A stretch of 64,000 nt of DNA, from NCBI GenBank assembly GCA_963727445.1, contig CAVSGI010000012.1:64001-128000 (forward strand). The letters run 5' to 3'. The stretch's first letter is position 1, and the number at the start of each line of letters is the position of its first letter. Below are positions 29,546 to 38,690 of this stretch, piece after piece. Origin of the DNA: an uncultured delta proteobacterium (GTDB taxonomy: Bacteria; Myxococcota_A; Polyangia; Polyangiales; B10-G4). Made by a program: the position numbers and the translations under genes. The notes beneath the pieces are model-generated. The model made no database searches. It was not told the DNA's origin and worked only from the letters and a program-made list of their open reading frames with translations.

Positions 29546-30859
29546 TCAGTCTTCCTCGATGCGGAGCGCCCGCGGCGGCTCCACGACGTCGTGGAGCGAT
29601 TCTATCTCGCCCAGCGCCCGCATCACGTCCCGCTGTCGCGAGACGTGGGTCAGCATCACCACCGAGACCGGCGTGTCACCAGCGCCGATCCCCTCCTGGA
29701 CCATCTGCTCGATGGACACCTCGAAGGCCCCGAGAACACCGGCGATTCGCGCGAGGATCCCGGGCCGATCCCGAACGGAGAAACGCAAATACCAGCGGCA
29801 GCGGAGGTCGCCGGGATCCATGCGTTTCTTCTCGCTGAGGTGCTCCCCCAGAAAGGCGCGCGAAGGCACGCGGCCGTGCGCTCCGACGAGGAGGTTCCGG
29901 CCCACGTCGACGATGTCGCTCACGACGCTCATCGCGGTCGGGAGCGCCCCCGCGCCGAGGCCCGAGGTGAGGCACGGCCCCAGCATCTCGCCCTCGACGT
30001 AGACCGCGTTGAGCGCCCCCGAGATGCTCGCCAGCACGCTGCCGCGCGGAACGAGCGCGGGGTGAACGCGGAGGTCGAGCTCGCCGTTCTCGGTGCTGCG
30101 GGCCACGGCCAGCGGCTTGATCACGTAGCCGAAGCGATTGGCGAACAGGATGTCGACCGCGTTCACCTCGTCGATGCCGCTCTTCGGAATGTCCTCGGGG
30201 TCGACGCGCGCGCCCCAGGCGAGGGTCGCGAGGATGGTCAGCTTGTGCGCCGCGTCTCCGCCGTTCACGTCCAACGTGGGATCGGACTCGGCGTAGCCCT
30301 TCTCCTGCGCTTCGCGCAGCGCGTCGTCGAATTCGAGCCCAGCGACGGTCATCCGCGTGAGGATGTAGTTGCTGGTGCCGTTGACGATGCCGCGCAGCGC
30401 GACGATGCGGTCGGAGGTGAAGGCCTCGCGCAAGAGCCGGATGATCGGGATGCCGCCGCCGACCGCCGCCTCGAAGTAGAGGTCGACGCCCTTCTGCTCG
30501 GCGAGCTCGATCAGCTCGGAGTGCTCGGCGAGCAGCGCTTTGTTCGCGGTGACCACGTGCTTGCCGCGCTCGATGGCGGTGCGGACGTAGGAGCCGGCCG
30601 ACTGGGTGCCGCCCATCACCTCCACCACGATGTCGATCTCCGGGTCGGCGAGCACCTCCTCGGGATCGAAGCAGAGGGTGCCTTCGGGCGCCTCGATCTC
30701 GCGCGCCTTGGCCGGATCACGGGCGACGATCTTGCGTACCTCGATGGGGGCGCCCAGGCGCTCCTCGATGGTCGCGGCGTTGCCCCGCAGCAGACGGACG
30801 ATCCCCTGCCCAACGACGCCGTACCCGATGAGGCCGACGCGGATCGTTCGCGATGCCAT
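29546..30859 (-). CDS. hom: homoserine dehydrogenase with ACT domain
   Basis: GYGVVG, VVTANKA, FEAAVGGGIP, NGTSNYIL and DRPGILA. Confidence 0.96.
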   Translation of the reverse strand: MASRTIRVGLIGYGVVGQGIVRLLRGNAATIEERLGAPIEVRKIVARDPAKAREIEAPEGTLCFDPEEVLADPEIDIVVEVMGGTQSAGSYVRTAIERGKHVVTANKALLAEHSELIELAEQKGVDLYFEAAVGGGIPIIRLLREAFTSDRIVALRGIVNGTSNYILTRMTVAGLEFDDALREAQEKGYAESDPTLDVNGGDAAHKLTILATLAWGARVDPEDIPKSGIDEVNAVDILFANRFGYVIKPLAVARSTENGELDLRVHPALVPRGSVLASISGALNAVYVEGEMLGPCLTSGLGAGALPTAMSVVSDIVDVGRNLLVGAHGRVPSRAFLGEHLSEKKRMDPGDLRCRWYLRFSVRDRPGILARIAGVLGAFEVSIEQMVQEGIGAGDTPVSVVMLTHVSRQRDVMRALGEIESLHDVVEPPRALRIEED

Positions 30860-30904
30860 CCGGCCGAGCCTTTAACACATCGCAAACGTGGTAGGAAGGT
30901 CGGC

Positions 30905-31153
30905 GTGACCGCCGCCTTTTGGCTCCTCGTCAGCTGGATTCTGGTGGGCGCCGCCCTCCTGGTGGTCCACTTCGTGCTCCTCTGGCTGTGCTTGCGCGCG
31001 TCGAACCTGTCGCTTGTGATGAAGGCCGTGTCCCTGTTGCCGCCGGCCACCCCCATCGTCGGCTGGGTCAGCGGCCTCCGCGTTCAGCCCATTCTCTGGG
31101 TCGTTTTGCTGGGGGTGTACGTCGCGCTCCGACTCTCCTTCACCCCTTCGTGA
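30905..31153 (+). CDS. small integral membrane protein
   Basis: GTG 30905; three hydrophobic segments. Confidence 0.55.
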   Translation: MTAAFWLLVSWILVGAALLVVHFVLLWLCLRASNLSLVMKAVSLLPPATPIVGWVSGLRVQPILWVVLLGVYVALRLSFTPS

Positions 31154-31197
31154 TCACGAGATGTACTCCGAGGGCTGCTCTGTCGTATCGTGCGTGC

Positions 31198-32043
31198 ATG
31201 CGTGCGGGTCTCCTGATCGTCTCGCTTGTCGCCTCGTCCCTGGCGCTCTCCTCCGTCGCCAGCGCGCAGAACGGTAACAACCCGCTCATCCAACAGGGCC
31301 AGGAGCTCTACGACGAGCTTCGCTACGAGGAGGCGCTTCAGACGCTCTCGGCGGCGTTGGTGCGTGCGGGGAACACCGACCAGGACAAGGCCGTCATCTA
31401 CGAGCTGCTCTCGCTCACATACCTCGCCCTCGGTCGTGAGGAGGAGGCGGCGGGCGCTTATCGAAGCCTGTTGGCCCTCGACCCGGAGCACCAGCCCGGC
31501 GCGGACGTCTCTCCGCGCTTCCGCACCTTCTTCGCCACCGTGTACGAACAGTGGGTCGCGGACGGGCGCCCGGGCGGCCAACCGCCGGCGCCGGTCACCA
31601 TCCGCCATCGTTCGCCGCCGGAGTCGGAACGCGAGACCGAGATCCCGCTGACCGCCGAGGTCGACGATCCGAGCGGGCGCGTCGCGCGCCTGGTGCTCGC
31701 ATATCGCCAGGGCACCGACGACGTCTTCCGGCGCGTGGACACCGAGCGTCGCGAGGGCGTCTACCACGCCACCATTCCGGCCGAAGCCGTCGCGCCCCCG
31801 CTCGTCGAGTACTACTTCGAGGGGCTGGACGACACTGGCCTGCCCGTGGCTTCGCGCGGTGACGTGGCTGCGCCGCTCCGCGTCGCGGTGCCCGAGCCGG
31901 GCGGCAGCGTCTTCACCAAGTGGTGGTTCTGGGTCGCAGCCGTCGCCATCGTCGGAGCTGCCGTCTTGATTCCGTCGATCTACATCGCCAATCAATCAGG
32001 GAATGCGGCCGAGCAGGGCACATTCGTGATCTCGATCAGGTGA
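31198..32043 (+). CDS. secreted TPR protein with C-terminal membrane anchor
   Basis: Signal peptide, TPR helices (LALDPEH), beta domain with VEYY, and KWWFW TM segment. Confidence 0.75.
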   Translation: MRAGLLIVSLVASSLALSSVASAQNGNNPLIQQGQELYDELRYEEALQTLSAALVRAGNTDQDKAVIYELLSLTYLALGREEEAAGAYRSLLALDPEHQPGADVSPRFRTFFATVYEQWVADGRPGGQPPAPVTIRHRSPPESERETEIPLTAEVDDPSGRVARLVLAYRQGTDDVFRRVDTERREGVYHATIPAEAVAPPLVEYYFEGLDDTGLPVASRGDVAAPLRVAVPEPGGSVFTKWWFWVAAVAIVGAAVLIPSIYIANQSGNAAEQGTFVISIR

Positions 32044-32046
32044 ACG

Positions 32047-32215
32047 AAGCGCGATACCCGATGTGTGATCACAAAGCGGCCTTCGTGTTCAATTTGGGTC
32101 CCAGGGCGAGCGCCCCCGCAGGCCCCGACCGAGGAATACCAAAGGTATTTCGCAGGGAGGGGCCGAGGAGGTAAGCCGGCCTGGGGCCCAAAGTGGACAC
32201 GAAAGCGCGATACCC
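32047..32215. other. 156-bp structured insert at the 5' end of prmA bounded by a 13-bp direct repeat
   Basis: AAGCGCGATACCC at 32047-32059 and 32203-32215; imperfect 24-bp inverted repeat 32082-32105 with 32180-32203; nested inner stems. Confidence 0.75.
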
Positions 32216-33056
32216 ATACGTTCACGTCGACGTGCCTTCCGAGAGCGCGGAGGACGTCGCTGCGGAGCTGTGGGAGCTGGGGGCCGAAGGCGTCGAGACG
32301 CGAGACGCGGGCACCATGAGCGGCCCCGACGCCGAGGGCCTGGTCACGTTGGTGGCGTACGTCTCCGAGGAGGCGCGGGCCGAAGCGCTGGCGCAAGAGC
32401 TGGGCCCCCGCTTTGCCGCGCGGGTCGAGATCGTGGTCGGCGATGCGTGGCGCGATCAGTGGAAGGCCTTCTTCAAGCCGCTGCGCGTGGGCGCGCGGCT
32501 CGTGGTCCGTCCCTCCTGGGAAGAGGTGAAGGTTCGCGACGGCGAGATCGTGCTGACCATCGACCCGGGACGCGCGTTCGGTAGCGGCATCCACGAGACG
32601 ACCAAGCTCGTCCTCCGGGAGATCGATCGACGTGTCCGCGGCGGCGAGCGCGTCCTCGACGTCGGCGCCGGTAGCGGGATCCTCTCGATCGCGGCGGCGC
32701 TCCTCGGCGCCTCCTCGGTGCGCGCCGTCGACAACGATCCCGACACGGTCGCGGTCGTTCATCAAAACGCCGAAGCGAACGGTGTCGCCGCCCTCATCAC
32801 CGCCGACGCGATGCCCATCGCCGAGGTGAAGGGCACCTACCCGCTCGTCCTCGCCAACATCGAGGCGACGGTGCTCGAGGCACTCGCCGAGCCGATCGCG
32901 GCGCACGTGGAGCCGGGGGGCACGCTGATCCTCAGCGGCATCCTGCGCCCGCAACTCTCGAAGGTGGTGGCGGCGTACGCGGGATTCGAGCACCAGCTCA
33001 CGGGGGCCGACGGGGAGTGGGTGGCGGCGATCCTGCATCGTCCCGAGGACACGTGA
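32193..33056 (+). CDS. prmA: 50S ribosomal protein L11 methyltransferase
   Basis: W...WK.FF.P, IDPGRAFGSGIHETT, VLDVGAGSGILSI, LANI and LILSGIL. Confidence 0.95.
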   Translation: MDTKARYPYVHVDVPSESAEDVAAELWELGAEGVETRDAGTMSGPDAEGLVTLVAYVSEEARAEALAQELGPRFAARVEIVVGDAWRDQWKAFFKPLRVGARLVVRPSWEEVKVRDGEIVLTIDPGRAFGSGIHETTKLVLREIDRRVRGGERVLDVGAGSGILSIAAALLGASSVRAVDNDPDTVAVVHQNAEANGVAALITADAMPIAEVKGTYPLVLANIEATVLEALAEPIAAHVEPGGTLILSGILRPQLSKVVAAYAGFEHQLTGADGEWVAAILHRPEDT

Positions 33057-33790
33057 GCGAAGGGCCGCGCCACCGATTCTTCGTCGAGGCTCTCCCCGAG
33101 GAAGGTGGCGTGATCGAGCCCTCGTCGGAAGTCGCCCGGCACGTGCGCGTCCTGCGCCTCGAGGTCGGTGAGGAGGTGATGCTCTTCGACGGGAGCGGCC
33201 GTGAGGCGAGGGCACACATCGAGGCCCTCACGCCCCTGCGCCTCGCGGCTTCGGTGCCGACCGTCGCCGCCGCCGACCGGCCCGAGATCCACCTGATCCA
33301 GGCGATGCCCAAAGGCAAGAAGCTCGACGCGATCGTCCGGATGAGCACCGAGCTGGGCGTCGACGCCATCCACCTGGCGATCACCGAGCGCGCCATCAGC
33401 CGCCCCGAAGGGTCGAAGGCCGAGGCGAAGATCACACGGCTCGAGAAGATCGCGCGCGAAGCGAGCCGTCAGGCGCGGCGCCGCACGACGCCCTCTCTCG
33501 TCGCCCCAGCCCCCCTCGGCGAGGTGATCGCACGCGCGAAATCGACCGACAAACGCCTCGTTTTCTGGGAAGAAGCGGAAGACTCCCGCTTGCCTCCCAG
33601 CCTGAGCGACGCGTCGCGCGTGTGGGTCCTCGTAGGGCCCGAGGGGGGATTGTCGCACACCGAGGTGGGCCCGCTGCAACAAAGCGGGTGGGTCAGCGTA
33701 CGGCTCGGAGCGACCATCCTGCGTGTCGAAACGGCGTCCCCGACCGCCCTCGCGCTGGTCCTTTATCGGGCCGGTCGTTTCCGCCGATGA
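33053..33790 (+). CDS. rsmE: 16S rRNA m3U1498 methyltransferase
   Basis: H.RVLRL, TELGV, EASRQ, VGPEGG and LG..ILRVETA; GTGA overlap with prmA. Confidence 0.95.
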   Translation: MSEGPRHRFFVEALPEEGGVIEPSSEVARHVRVLRLEVGEEVMLFDGSGREARAHIEALTPLRLAASVPTVAAADRPEIHLIQAMPKGKKLDAIVRMSTELGVDAIHLAITERAISRPEGSKAEAKITRLEKIAREASRQARRRTTPSLVAPAPLGEVIARAKSTDKRLVFWEEAEDSRLPPSLSDASRVWVLVGPEGGLSHTEVGPLQQSGWVSVRLGATILRVETASPTALALVLYRAGRFRR

Positions 33791-33848
33791 GGGGATCAAT
33801 TCCTCGGGACCCTGTATAGTGAGAGTGACCGCTTCTGGGCGAGGACAC

Positions 33849-36800
33849 TTGGCGATAGCAGGGAAGTCTACAGGTTGGTGGGCGTGGCGATCGGGCGCAC
33901 TCGTGGTGCTCACGCTCCTCTCTTCCTGCGTGACGCAGCAGTGCCCACCCGACGGGGGAGGTGGGATCTTCTGCCTCGATCCCGGTGACACCTCCGTCGG
34001 TGAAGCGGGCGACACGAGTCCCTGCGTCGAGGGCGCGACATGCACGCCCGCGAACCCGTGTCAGGAGGGGACCTGGAGTTGCTCCGGCACACCCACCTGC
34101 GTTGCCGGCGCGACATTGCCGGAAGGAGCGCCGTGCGACGTCGGCCTCGCTTGCGATGCCGCGGGCAGCTGCTCGGTGTGCACGCCCGATGTGACCTGCG
34201 ACACCGGCAACCCGTGCTCGGCGGGCATCATCGACTGCGGCTCCGGCATGCCGGTGTGTCGCATGGTCAGCGATGCGCCTTCGGGCACGCCATGTGGAAC
34301 CACCGGAACGTGCAACGGCGGCATCTGCAGCGAATGTCTGCCGGGCACTACCTGCGACACGGGTGATCCCTGCACCACCGGCTCCGTGGACTGCTCCACG
34401 GGAACGCAGGTTTGTAACGCGACCGACAATCTGCCGACGGGCACGGGCTGCGGTGGTGGTCTCGCATGCTCCACCACCGGATGCGACACATGTGTTCAGG
34501 GCGCGACCTGCGACACCGGCGATCCCTGCAGCAACGGTCAATACGACTGCGGCGCGTCGATGCCCGTGTGCATCACCACTTCCGATGTGCCCGTCGGTAC
34601 GCCGTGCGGAACGGCGGGCCTGTGCGGTGCCGACGGCTGCTCGGAGTGCATCGCGGGAACCAGTTGTGACACCGGAAATCCCTGCACGATGGGCACCCGC
34701 GATTGCTCGACCGGCGGCAGCGGCACCTGCAACTCGTCTGCGGATCTGCCCACCGGAACGCGCTGCGGCGTCGGCTTGGCGTGCGACGGTTCGGGCGGCT
34801 GCACGGTCTGCGTGCCCGGTGAGGACTGCGTGACCCCCGGCACCTGCGACGCGGGCACCATCAGCTGCGCGACCGGTGATCCGGTGTGCACCGGCGGCGG
34901 CACCGCGCCCGCAGGTACGGTGTGTCGTCCCTCCCTCGGTCCGTGCGACGCAGAGGAGACCTGCAGCGGCAGCAGCACCACCTGCCCGGCCGATGCGCTC
35001 GTCGCTGCGGGCGGCACCTGTCGTCCGCCGACCTCCGACTGCGACATCGAGGAGCAGTGCGACGGTGCGCTGGCGACGTGCCCCCCCGACACCTTCGATC
35101 CCTCGGGGACGGCGTGTGCGGGCGGCGGCACCTGCGACGGCCTCGGCATGTGCATCACCGTCTGCGTCGACGGCGCGCCCTGCAGTACGGGCAACCTCTG
35201 CGAGATCGGAACCATCGACTGCAGCGGTGCGTCTCCGGTCTGTGTACCGGGCGGTGTTCAGCCGGCGGGCACGAGCTGTCGCGCGCCGCGCGACATCTGT
35301 GACACCGAAGAGGTTTGCGACGGCACCTCGATCAGCTGCCCGCCAGACGGCTTCGAGCCCGCGGGCACCACGTGTCCCGGCGGAACGTGCTCCGGTCTCG
35401 GTCGCTGCATCGTGGGCTGCGACGCGTCGCTGCCCTGCGACACGGGCAACCCGTGCGAGCAGGGGATGATCGACTGCACCAGCGGCGCGCCGGTGTGCAC
35501 CGCGGTCGGTGCGCAGCCGGCGGGGACCGTCTGTCGGCCCAGCGCGGGCGCCTGCGATACGCAGGAGGTCTGCGACGGTGCCAGCATGGCGTGTCCGGCC
35601 GACTCGCTGACGATGGCCGGCACCGAGTGCCGCGCGGTGGCCGGGCCCTGCGACACCGCCGAGGTCTGCGACGGCGTCTCGGGTGCGTGTCCAGGCGACT
35701 CCTTCGTCAGCATGGGCACCGAGTGTCGCGCCTCGAGCGGCGAGTGTGATGCGGCCGAGGCCTGCACGGGCGCCGCCGCATCCTGTCCCGCCGACGTGCC
35801 CGCCGTCAGCGGTACGCCGTGCACCGGCGGTAGCTGCGACGGCAGCGGTAGCTGCGTCATCGGCTGCTTTGCCGGGACGCCCTGCTCCATCGGTGACGCC
35901 TGCGAGCTCGGGGTGATCGATTGCACCACCGGCGCCGCCGTCTGCGTGTCGGCGGGGCCGGCGCCCGCGGGCACCGAGTGCCGCGCCTCCACTGGCGTGT
36001 GCGACGCTGCGGAGGTCTGCGACGGCGTGGCTACCGTCTGCCCGGTGGCGCGCTTCGAGCCCTCGGGCACCATCTGCCGGCCCGCTGCGGGCCCCTGCGA
36101 CACGCCGGAGACCTGCACCGGCTTCGCCGCCACCTGTCCCACCGACACCCTCTCCGCGGCGGGCACCACCTGTCGTCCCTCGGTCGGCCCATGCGACGTG
36201 GAAGAGCAGTGCACGGGCGGCACGGTCACCTGCCCGACCGACGGCTTCGTCACCGGCGGCACCGAGTGCCGCGCGTCGGCGGGCGCTTGCGACATCGCGG
36301 AGCAGTGCACCGGCTCGGGCCCGCTCTGTCCGGTGGACAGCTTCGTGGCAAGCGGCACCGAGTGCCGTGCCTCGGCGGGTGTATGCGACCCGGCCGAGCA
36401 GTGCACCGGCGCCGACCCGGCCTGCCCGGCCGACAGCCTCGAGCCCGCCACCACCGTCTGTCGCGCAGGTGCCGGACCTTGCGACTCGCCCGAGCTCTGC
36501 ACTGGCGCCTCCGTCGACTGTCCGACGGACGTCCTGATGGCGGCCGGTACGACCTGTCGTCCGGTGGCGGGCGTGTGCGACGTCGAAGAGCAGTGCACCG
36601 GCGTGGACGTGACGTGTCCGATGGACAACTTCATGCCGTCCTCGACCACCTGCCGTGCATCGGCTGGCATCTGCGACATCGCCGAGAACTGCACCGGCAC
36701 CGGCCCGCTCTGTCCGGGCGACAGCTTCGTGCCGTCGGGCACCGAGTGTCGCGCGTCGGCGGGCGTCTGCGACCCGGCCGAGCAGTGCACCGGCTCCGCG

Positions 36801-38645
36801 GCGGCTTGCCCGGCGGATGCGCGCGAGCCCCCGACGACCGTCTGCCGCGCGTCGGCGGGCGTGTGCGACCCGGCCGAGCTCTGCGACGGCACCAGCGTGG
36901 CCTGTCCCGCCGACATGCTGTCGCCTTCGGGCACGACCTGTCGTCCGGTGGCGGGCGTGTGCGACGTCGAGGAGCAGTGCACCGGCGTGGACGTGACCTG
37001 CCCGGCGGACAACTTCATGCCCGCGTCGACCACGTGTCGTGCGTCGGCGGGCATCTGCGACGTCGCCGAGAACTGCACGGGCACCGGCCCGCTCTGCCCC
37101 GGCGACAGCTTCGTGGCGGCGGGCACCGAGTGCCGGGCGTCGGCGGGCATCTGCGATCCGGCCGAGCAGTGCACCGGCTCGGCCGCGGCGTGCCCGCCGG
37201 ATGCACGTGAGCCGCCGACCACGGTCTGCCGCGCGTCGGCGGGCGTGTGCGACCCGGCCGAGCTCTGCGACGGGACCAGCGTCAACTGTCCGGCGGACGC
37301 GCTGTCGCCCGCAGGCACGACCTGTCGTCCGGTGGCGGGCGTGTGCGACGTCGAGGAGCAGTGCACCGGCGGCAGCGTCAACTGCCCGGCGGACAACTTC
37401 ATGCCCTCGTCCACGACCTGTCGTGCGTCGGCGGGCATCTGCGACGTGGCCGAGAACTGCACGGGAACTGGCCCGCTCTGTCCCGGCGACAGCTTCCAGC
37501 CCTCCTCCACCGTCTGTCGTGCGTCGGCGGGCATCTGCGATCTCACCGAGAACTGCACCGGATCGTCGGCGCCGTGCCCGCCCGACAGCTTCCGCCCATC
37601 CTCCTTCGTCTGTCGCGCGTCAGCGGGCGTGTGCGACCCGGCCGAGCTCTGCACCGGCTCCACGGCTCCGTGCCCTGGTGACGTGCTCTCGCCGGCGGGC
37701 ACCACCTGTCGTCCGGTCGCCGGCGTCTGCGACGTCGAAGAGCAGTGCACCGGCGGCAGCGTCAACTGCCCGGCCGACAACTTCATGCCCTCGTCCACCA
37801 CCTGCCGCGCGTCGGCCGGCGTGTGCGACATCGCCGAGAACTGCACGGGCTCGGGCCCCCTCTGTCCGGCCAACCTCTTCGTGTCCTCTGCGACCGTCTG
37901 TCGCCCCTCGGCGGGCGTTTGCGACCCGGCGGAGAACTGCACCGGCAGCTCCGCGCCATGTCCTTCGGACGCCAAGTACGGCGGCTCGACCGTGTGCCGC
38001 GCCTCGGCGGGCGTGTGCGACATTCAGGAGGTCTGCGACGGCGTCAGCAACGGCTGTCCTGCCAACTCCTTCCAGGTCGGCACCACCTGTCGCGCGTCGG
38101 CGGGCGTGTGCGACATCGCCGAGACCTGCCCTGGTGGCACCGCGGCGTGTCCCCCCGACAACTTCCTCGGTACCGGCAGCGTCTGCCGCGCAGCGGTCGG
38201 CAGCTGCGACCAAGCCGAGGTGTGTCCCGGCACCGGGCCGAACTGCCCGGCGGACGTCTGCGCGCCCAACAGCGGCGGTGGCGCCCTCGGGACCATCAAC
38301 ACCGGCGGCAGCGGCAGCCGCATGGGCTGCGTCCAGCCCGGCTCGTCCGTGGGCTTCTCAATCAACTTCCCGAACGACCGCTATCTGGGTGCCCTTCCCG
38401 CGACGCCCGGAACGCCCGGAACGGGCACGCCTTCGATGAGCGTCAGCGGCGCCAACATGAAGCTCTCCGGCGTCCCGGGCTGCGGTAACTCCGACAGCTA
38501 CAGTTTCGCCGACAGCAACGTCAACAGCGGCAACCGCGCGTGGTCCACGGAGGGCACCGCTTGGCCCGGCAGCTTCAGCTTCTCGGTGGTCAACACGGGC
38601 GGCACCTGCTCGACCGCGGGCTACTCGCTCAGCTTCAGTCGCTGA
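33849..38645 (+). CDS. giant Cys-rich lipoprotein with about 30 disintegrin-like 32-aa repeats
   Basis: Lipobox LSS-C; several CDTGNPC modules, then CRxxxGxCDxxExCxGxxxxCPxD repeats; non-repeat beta-rich C-terminus. Start uncertain. Confidence 0.85.
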   Translation: MAIAGKSTGWWAWRSGALVVLTLLSSCVTQQCPPDGGGGIFCLDPGDTSVGEAGDTSPCVEGATCTPANPCQEGTWSCSGTPTCVAGATLPEGAPCDVGLACDAAGSCSVCTPDVTCDTGNPCSAGIIDCGSGMPVCRMVSDAPSGTPCGTTGTCNGGICSECLPGTTCDTGDPCTTGSVDCSTGTQVCNATDNLPTGTGCGGGLACSTTGCDTCVQGATCDTGDPCSNGQYDCGASMPVCITTSDVPVGTPCGTAGLCGADGCSECIAGTSCDTGNPCTMGTRDCSTGGSGTCNSSADLPTGTRCGVGLACDGSGGCTVCVPGEDCVTPGTCDAGTISCATGDPVCTGGGTAPAGTVCRPSLGPCDAEETCSGSSTTCPADALVAAGGTCRPPTSDCDIEEQCDGALATCPPDTFDPSGTACAGGGTCDGLGMCITVCVDGAPCSTGNLCEIGTIDCSGASPVCVPGGVQPAGTSCRAPRDICDTEEVCDGTSISCPPDGFEPAGTTCPGGTCSGLGRCIVGCDASLPCDTGNPCEQGMIDCTSGAPVCTAVGAQPAGTVCRPSAGACDTQEVCDGASMACPADSLTMAGTECRAVAGPCDTAEVCDGVSGACPGDSFVSMGTECRASSGECDAAEACTGAAASCPADVPAVSGTPCTGGSCDGSGSCVIGCFAGTPCSIGDACELGVIDCTTGAAVCVSAGPAPAGTECRASTGVCDAAEVCDGVATVCPVARFEPSGTICRPAAGPCDTPETCTGFAATCPTDTLSAAGTTCRPSVGPCDVEEQCTGGTVTCPTDGFVTGGTECRASAGACDIAEQCTGSGPLCPVDSFVASGTECRASAGVCDPAEQCTGADPACPADSLEPATTVCRAGAGPCDSPELCTGASVDCPTDVLMAAGTTCRPVAGVCDVEEQCTGVDVTCPMDNFMPSSTTCRASAGICDIAENCTGTGPLCPGDSFVPSGTECRASAGVCDPAEQCTGSAAACPADAREPPTTVCRASAGVCDPAELCDGTSVACPADMLSPSGTTCRPVAGVCDVEEQCTGVDVTCPADNFMPASTTCRASAGICDVAENCTGTGPLCPGDSFVAAGTECRASAGICDPAEQCTGSAAACPPDAREPPTTVCRASAGVCDPAELCDGTSVNCPADALSPAGTTCRPVAGVCDVEEQCTGGSVNCPADNFMPSSTTCRASAGICDVAENCTGTGPLCPGDSFQPSSTVCRASAGICDLTENCTGSSAPCPPDSFRPSSFVCRASAGVCDPAELCTGSTAPCPGDVLSPAGTTCRPVAGVCDVEEQCTGGSVNCPADNFMPSSTTCRASAGVCDIAENCTGSGPLCPANLFVSSATVCRPSAGVCDPAENCTGSSAPCPSDAKYGGSTVCRASAGVCDIQEVCDGVSNGCPANSFQVGTTCRASAGVCDIAETCPGGTAACPPDNFLGTGSVCRAAVGSCDQAEVCPGTGPNCPADVCAPNSGGGALGTINTGGSGSRMGCVQPGSSVGFSINFPNDRYLGALPATPGTPGTGTPSMSVSGANMKLSGVPGCGNSDSYSFADSNVNSGNRAWSTEGTAWPGSFSFSVVNTGGTCSTAGYSLSFSR
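36171..38090 (+). repeat. higher-order coding repeat, 384-bp period (four 96-bp units)
   Basis: TGTCGTCC... (CRP...CDVEEQC) recurs at 36171, 36555, 36939, 37323 and 37707. Confidence 0.9.
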
Positions 38646-38690
38646 CGCGTCCAGTTCCGGTGGGGCTCGGGAGTGCTATACCCCCGCGCC

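Noticed and set aside
32060..32215. SRP RNA, 6S RNA or group II intron
   Set aside because: No SRP helix-8 motif, shorter than typical 6S RNA, and no group II domain V despite GTGTG at 32063.
35258..38023. 921-aa antisense ORF and other long shadow ORFs
   Set aside because: Expected from high GC and repeats opposite well-supported genes; no recognisable motifs.
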